DNA of 64,000 nucleotides. Origin: an uncultured Phycisphaerales bacterium (GTDB taxonomy: Bacteria; Planctomycetota; Phycisphaerae; Tepidisphaerales; Tepidisphaeraceae). The DNA is taken from NCBI GenBank assembly GCA_963792535.1, contig CAWBWQ010000001.1, positions 224,001 through 288,000 of the forward strand, read 5' to 3'. The position numbers and the translations under genes were made by a program. A model generated the notes under the pieces. It searched no databases and was not told where the DNA came from. It saw nothing but the letters and a program-made list of their open reading frames with translations. Of the stretch, positions 61,269 to 64,000 are shown piece by piece; the first letter of the stretch is position 1; each line of letters begins with the position of its first letter.

Positions 61269-62762
61269 TCAGTCGCGTTCCGATTTGACCATTTGCCGAA
61301 GCATCTGGGCAGTGGGGACCGGGATCCAGGGGTCACCGACGGTGTGGATGACAATACCGTTCATCGCGCCGGGCATGGAGTGACTCCACCCGGCGATGAT
61401 GAGGATTCGATCCTTTAATGCTGCATATTTGCCAGCCAATACAAAGTCGTCCACCTTGGCGATCAGCGCGCTCAGATCCGGCGAGGCGGACATTTCCTGC
61501 GGGATCACTCCATAATGCAGCGTCATCCGGCGAAGGGAGCGATGATCTGGTGACATCGCCACAATCGGCACTGGAAAACGATGCTTGCTGAACACCCGGG
61601 CGGTAGTGCCGGTCTGCGTCCAGACCACGACGAGTTTTGCGTTCACATCGCGGACAATCCGTATACCGCCCTGTGCAAGTGCGCCGGCCAGAAGGGTGGT
61701 TTTCACTGGATCAGGTAATTGAAAACGCGCCGAATCACCGGCCAGATATTGTTCTGTGACCTCGGCAATGTGAGCCATCGTGTGGACCGTGATCACAGGG
61801 AATTTTCCCACGCTGGTTTCGCCGCTGAGCATGACGGCGTCGGTGCCGTCGAAAATGGCGTTGGCGACATCGCTGACCTCGGCGCGGGTGGGCGACGACT
61901 GCTCGACCATGCTCTGAAGCATCTGCGTTGCGACAATCACCGGTTTGGCCGCGGTGTGGCATCGGCGGATGAGATCCTTCTGGATAATTGGCACGAGGGC
62001 GACATCCATCTCAACCCCAAGATCGCCCCGCGCGACCATGAGACCGTCGCTGGCATCGATGATTTCGTCGATAAATTCAACCGCTTCGGGCTTTTCGATC
62101 TTGGCGATCAGGTTAATGTCGCTGATCTTGTCCTGGAGATAACTTCGCAGTTCCCGCAGATCCGCCGCCCGGCGAACGAAGGAAAGCGCCAGGTAATCCA
62201 GCCGCTGGTCGACGGCCCAGTCGACGCACTCCCAGTCGCGCTCAGTCATGGATGGAACATTGACGGCGGTGTCCGGCAGATTAATGCCTTTGGCGCTTTT
62301 CAGAATCCCACCGGAGGTGGTGTTGCAGATCAGCTCATTTTGATTTTTTTCAGTGACGACAAAGCGCAGCAGCCCATCTTCCACCAGCACGCGCTGTCCC
62401 ACCTGCACTTCGTCAACAAGACCGGCGAAGATCGATGAGACACGGCCGTCGTGGCCTTCGATTGCGTCACGTTGAATGACCAGGGTGTCACCAACTTTGA
62501 CCGGCATACCGCCGGTGTTGTCGATATTTTTGATGGCTCCCAGCCGGATTTTCGGACCGCATAAATCGCCCAGCACCGCAATCGGGTGATCGAATCGGCT
62601 GGCGGCTTCGTGAATGTTTCGCAGCGTCAGCAGGTGTCCGTCCAGCGAACCGTGCGAAAAATTAAGCCGGCAGACACTGACCCCGGCTTTGAAAAGCCGA
62701 AGCAGTGTTTCCACATCCCCGCATGCGGGGCCCATGGTTGCAACAATTTTCGTGCGGATCAT
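61269..62762 (-). CDS. pyk: Pyruvate kinase
   Basis: TKIVATMGP, RLNFSHG, AKIEK, MVARGDLGVE, ATQML.SM, DAVMLSGET. Confidence 0.97.
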   Translation of the reverse strand: MIRTKIVATMGPACGDVETLLRLFKAGVSVCRLNFSHGSLDGHLLTLRNIHEAASRFDHPIAVLGDLCGPKIRLGAIKNIDNTGGMPVKVGDTLVIQRDAIEGHDGRVSSIFAGLVDEVQVGQRVLVEDGLLRFVVTEKNQNELICNTTSGGILKSAKGINLPDTAVNVPSMTERDWECVDWAVDQRLDYLALSFVRRAADLRELRSYLQDKISDINLIAKIEKPEAVEFIDEIIDASDGLMVARGDLGVEMDVALVPIIQKDLIRRCHTAAKPVIVATQMLQSMVEQSSPTRAEVSDVANAIFDGTDAVMLSGETSVGKFPVITVHTMAHIAEVTEQYLAGDSARFQLPDPVKTTLLAGALAQGGIRIVRDVNAKLVVVWTQTGTTARVFSKHRFPVPIVAMSPDHRSLRRMTLHYGVIPQEMSASPDLSALIAKVDDFVLAGKYAALKDRILIIAGWSHSMPGAMNGIVIHTVGDPWIPVPTAQMLRQMVKSERD

Positions 62763-62931
62763 GATTCACCTTTTGCCGCGGGTGGAAACACACGCCCGAT
62801 CTTCAAAGCCCCGAACACTTTGCATCATACGGATCGCACCCCTGAGTAAAAGGGGAGCATTTGCTGTCATCCGCAGAGGGATTACCCAGCCTGATGATCT
62901 GATTTTTTTGATTGCCGAGAGCCGGTTTGGC

Positions 62932-63369
62932 TTACTGAGGATTTGTTTCGGGTGACTTGTCTGTGGTCGGCGCGGCCCGCAGAGGTTCCTCGGCTCGCTC
63001 GATCAGTTTGCGAATCTCCCCAGGCGGCGGTGTTGTGTTATACGCCTGAAGTTTGCGATCGTATTGGATGTCGCGGGCGGCGGCTGAGCGCAGTTCATGC
63101 TCGCCGGGCGAAAACTGATACACGCTTAGCGTCTGATTCTGCGCATCCATCACATAACACCCCCAGGTGTTGGGCGACAGCTGCCCCGGCATGACCACCA
63201 GCCCGCCGCTGCTTCCGGAAATGGTGGGGAACAAGGCCTGGCCCAACGCCGTCGATCCGCCAGGCCCGCGCCCATCGCGTGTGAACAGGGTTAGCAGTAC
63301 CAACAGCATGACAGCCCCGTTGAAGTACAGAGCTGCAACGATGCGATTTGCTGGAAGTAAACTTGGCAT
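62932..63369 (-). CDS. Hypothetical membrane-anchored protein
   Basis: N-terminal TM helix, YVMD..TLSVY..AARDIQYDR. Confidence 0.7.
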   Translation of the reverse strand: MPSLLPANRIVAALYFNGAVMLLVLLTLFTRDGRGPGGSTALGQALFPTISGSSGGLVVMPGQLSPNTWGCYVMDAQNQTLSVYQFSPGEHELRSAAARDIQYDRKLQAYNTTPPPGEIRKLIERAEEPLRAAPTTDKSPETNPQ

Positions 63370-63494
63370 GCCGCGTAGAATACCAGATTGCCGCTCGCCC
63401 GTCGTCGATCGTTCGCCGGGGTCATCAGCAAGTAGAGTGACAACGATCCGGGGGAACTTGTGAGACCATTATCCGCCGGTATCATCGCCGCTGA

Positions 63495-64000
63495 ATGAAA
63501 CGAATTGCAGTTCTAGGCTCCACCGGATCCATTGGTTGCAACACGCTGGATGTGATCGCACATCTGGGCGAAGATTTTCGCGTTACGGCATTGTCGGCTC
63601 ATAAGCAGACCGACAAACTGATCGAACAAGTGCGCCGATATCGACCGGCGGTGGTGGCGGTAACCGATCAAACCACCGCCGCCGCGGTTACTCCAATCCT
63701 GCGCGAGCTGGCGGCGCAGGTTCTGGCGGGCCCGTCGGGTCTGGTCGATCTGGTGCGTCGTGAGGATGTGGACACGGTGGTTGCCGCGGTTGTCGGGGCA
63801 GCGGGACTGCCCGCCGCCATCGCAACGATCGAAGCCGGCAAACCACTGGCACTTGCCAATAAGGAATCACTGGTGTGCGCCGGCTCGATTCTGATTCCCC
63901 TGGCCCGCAGGAAGGGTGTGCCGATCCTCCCGGTTGATTCGGAACATTCGGCCATCTTCCAGGCGATGTTATCCGGCAGGCGTGATGAGGTGCGTCGGGT
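63495..64000 (+). CDS. dxr: 1-deoxy-D-xylulose 5-phosphate reductoisomerase, truncated by the window end
   Basis: Manual translation: MKRIAVLGSTGSIG, ALANKESLV, PVDSEHSAIFQ. Confidence 0.95.
   Translation, partial: MKRIAVLGSTGSIGCNTLDVIAHLGEDFRVTALSAHKQTDKLIEQVRRYRPAVVAVTDQTTAAAVTPILRELAAQVLAGPSGLVDLVRREDVDTVVAAVVGAAGLPAAIATIEAGKPLALANKESLVCAGSILIPLARRKGVPILPVDSEHSAIFQAMLSGRRDEVRR

Overview
Bacterial chromosome segment of about 50 genes, most consistent with a planctomycete (Phycisphaerae/Tepidisphaerales-like). That assignment is inferred from a LEPRxLL-like N-terminal motif protein, an HTH_17/transmembrane protein and the general gene repertoire. Housekeeping genes are tRNA-Asp, mutM, speA, ispG, argC, tatD, coaX, rnc, infC (probable AUU start), tlyA-like, gnd, zwf, acs, pyk and a partial dxr. 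Other genes are an XRE-cupin/APC permease/two-MOSC cluster, a HigBA toxin-antitoxin pair, a NitT/TauT ABC transporter, GH35, GH106 and GH5-like glycoside hydrolases, an ECF sigma/anti-sigma pair, and RtcB next to an RxxxxH (HEPN-like) gene pair. The main accessory feature is a 4.57-kb element integrated at the 3' end of tmRNA (ssrA) and bounded by a perfect 22-bp direct repeat. It encodes an atypical tyrosine recombinase, a rolling-circle HUH Rep preceded by a structured leader and terminator, a nuclease-like protein, a serine recombinase and a small protein. Many genes are split by 1-2 nt frameshifts that often sit at GCGC/CGCG runs; these are most likely long-read consensus errors, not pseudogenes. 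Many genes show a -10 hexamer 6-8 nt before the ATG, the signature of leaderless mRNAs. All family assignments come from motif recognition by eye, with no database searches.
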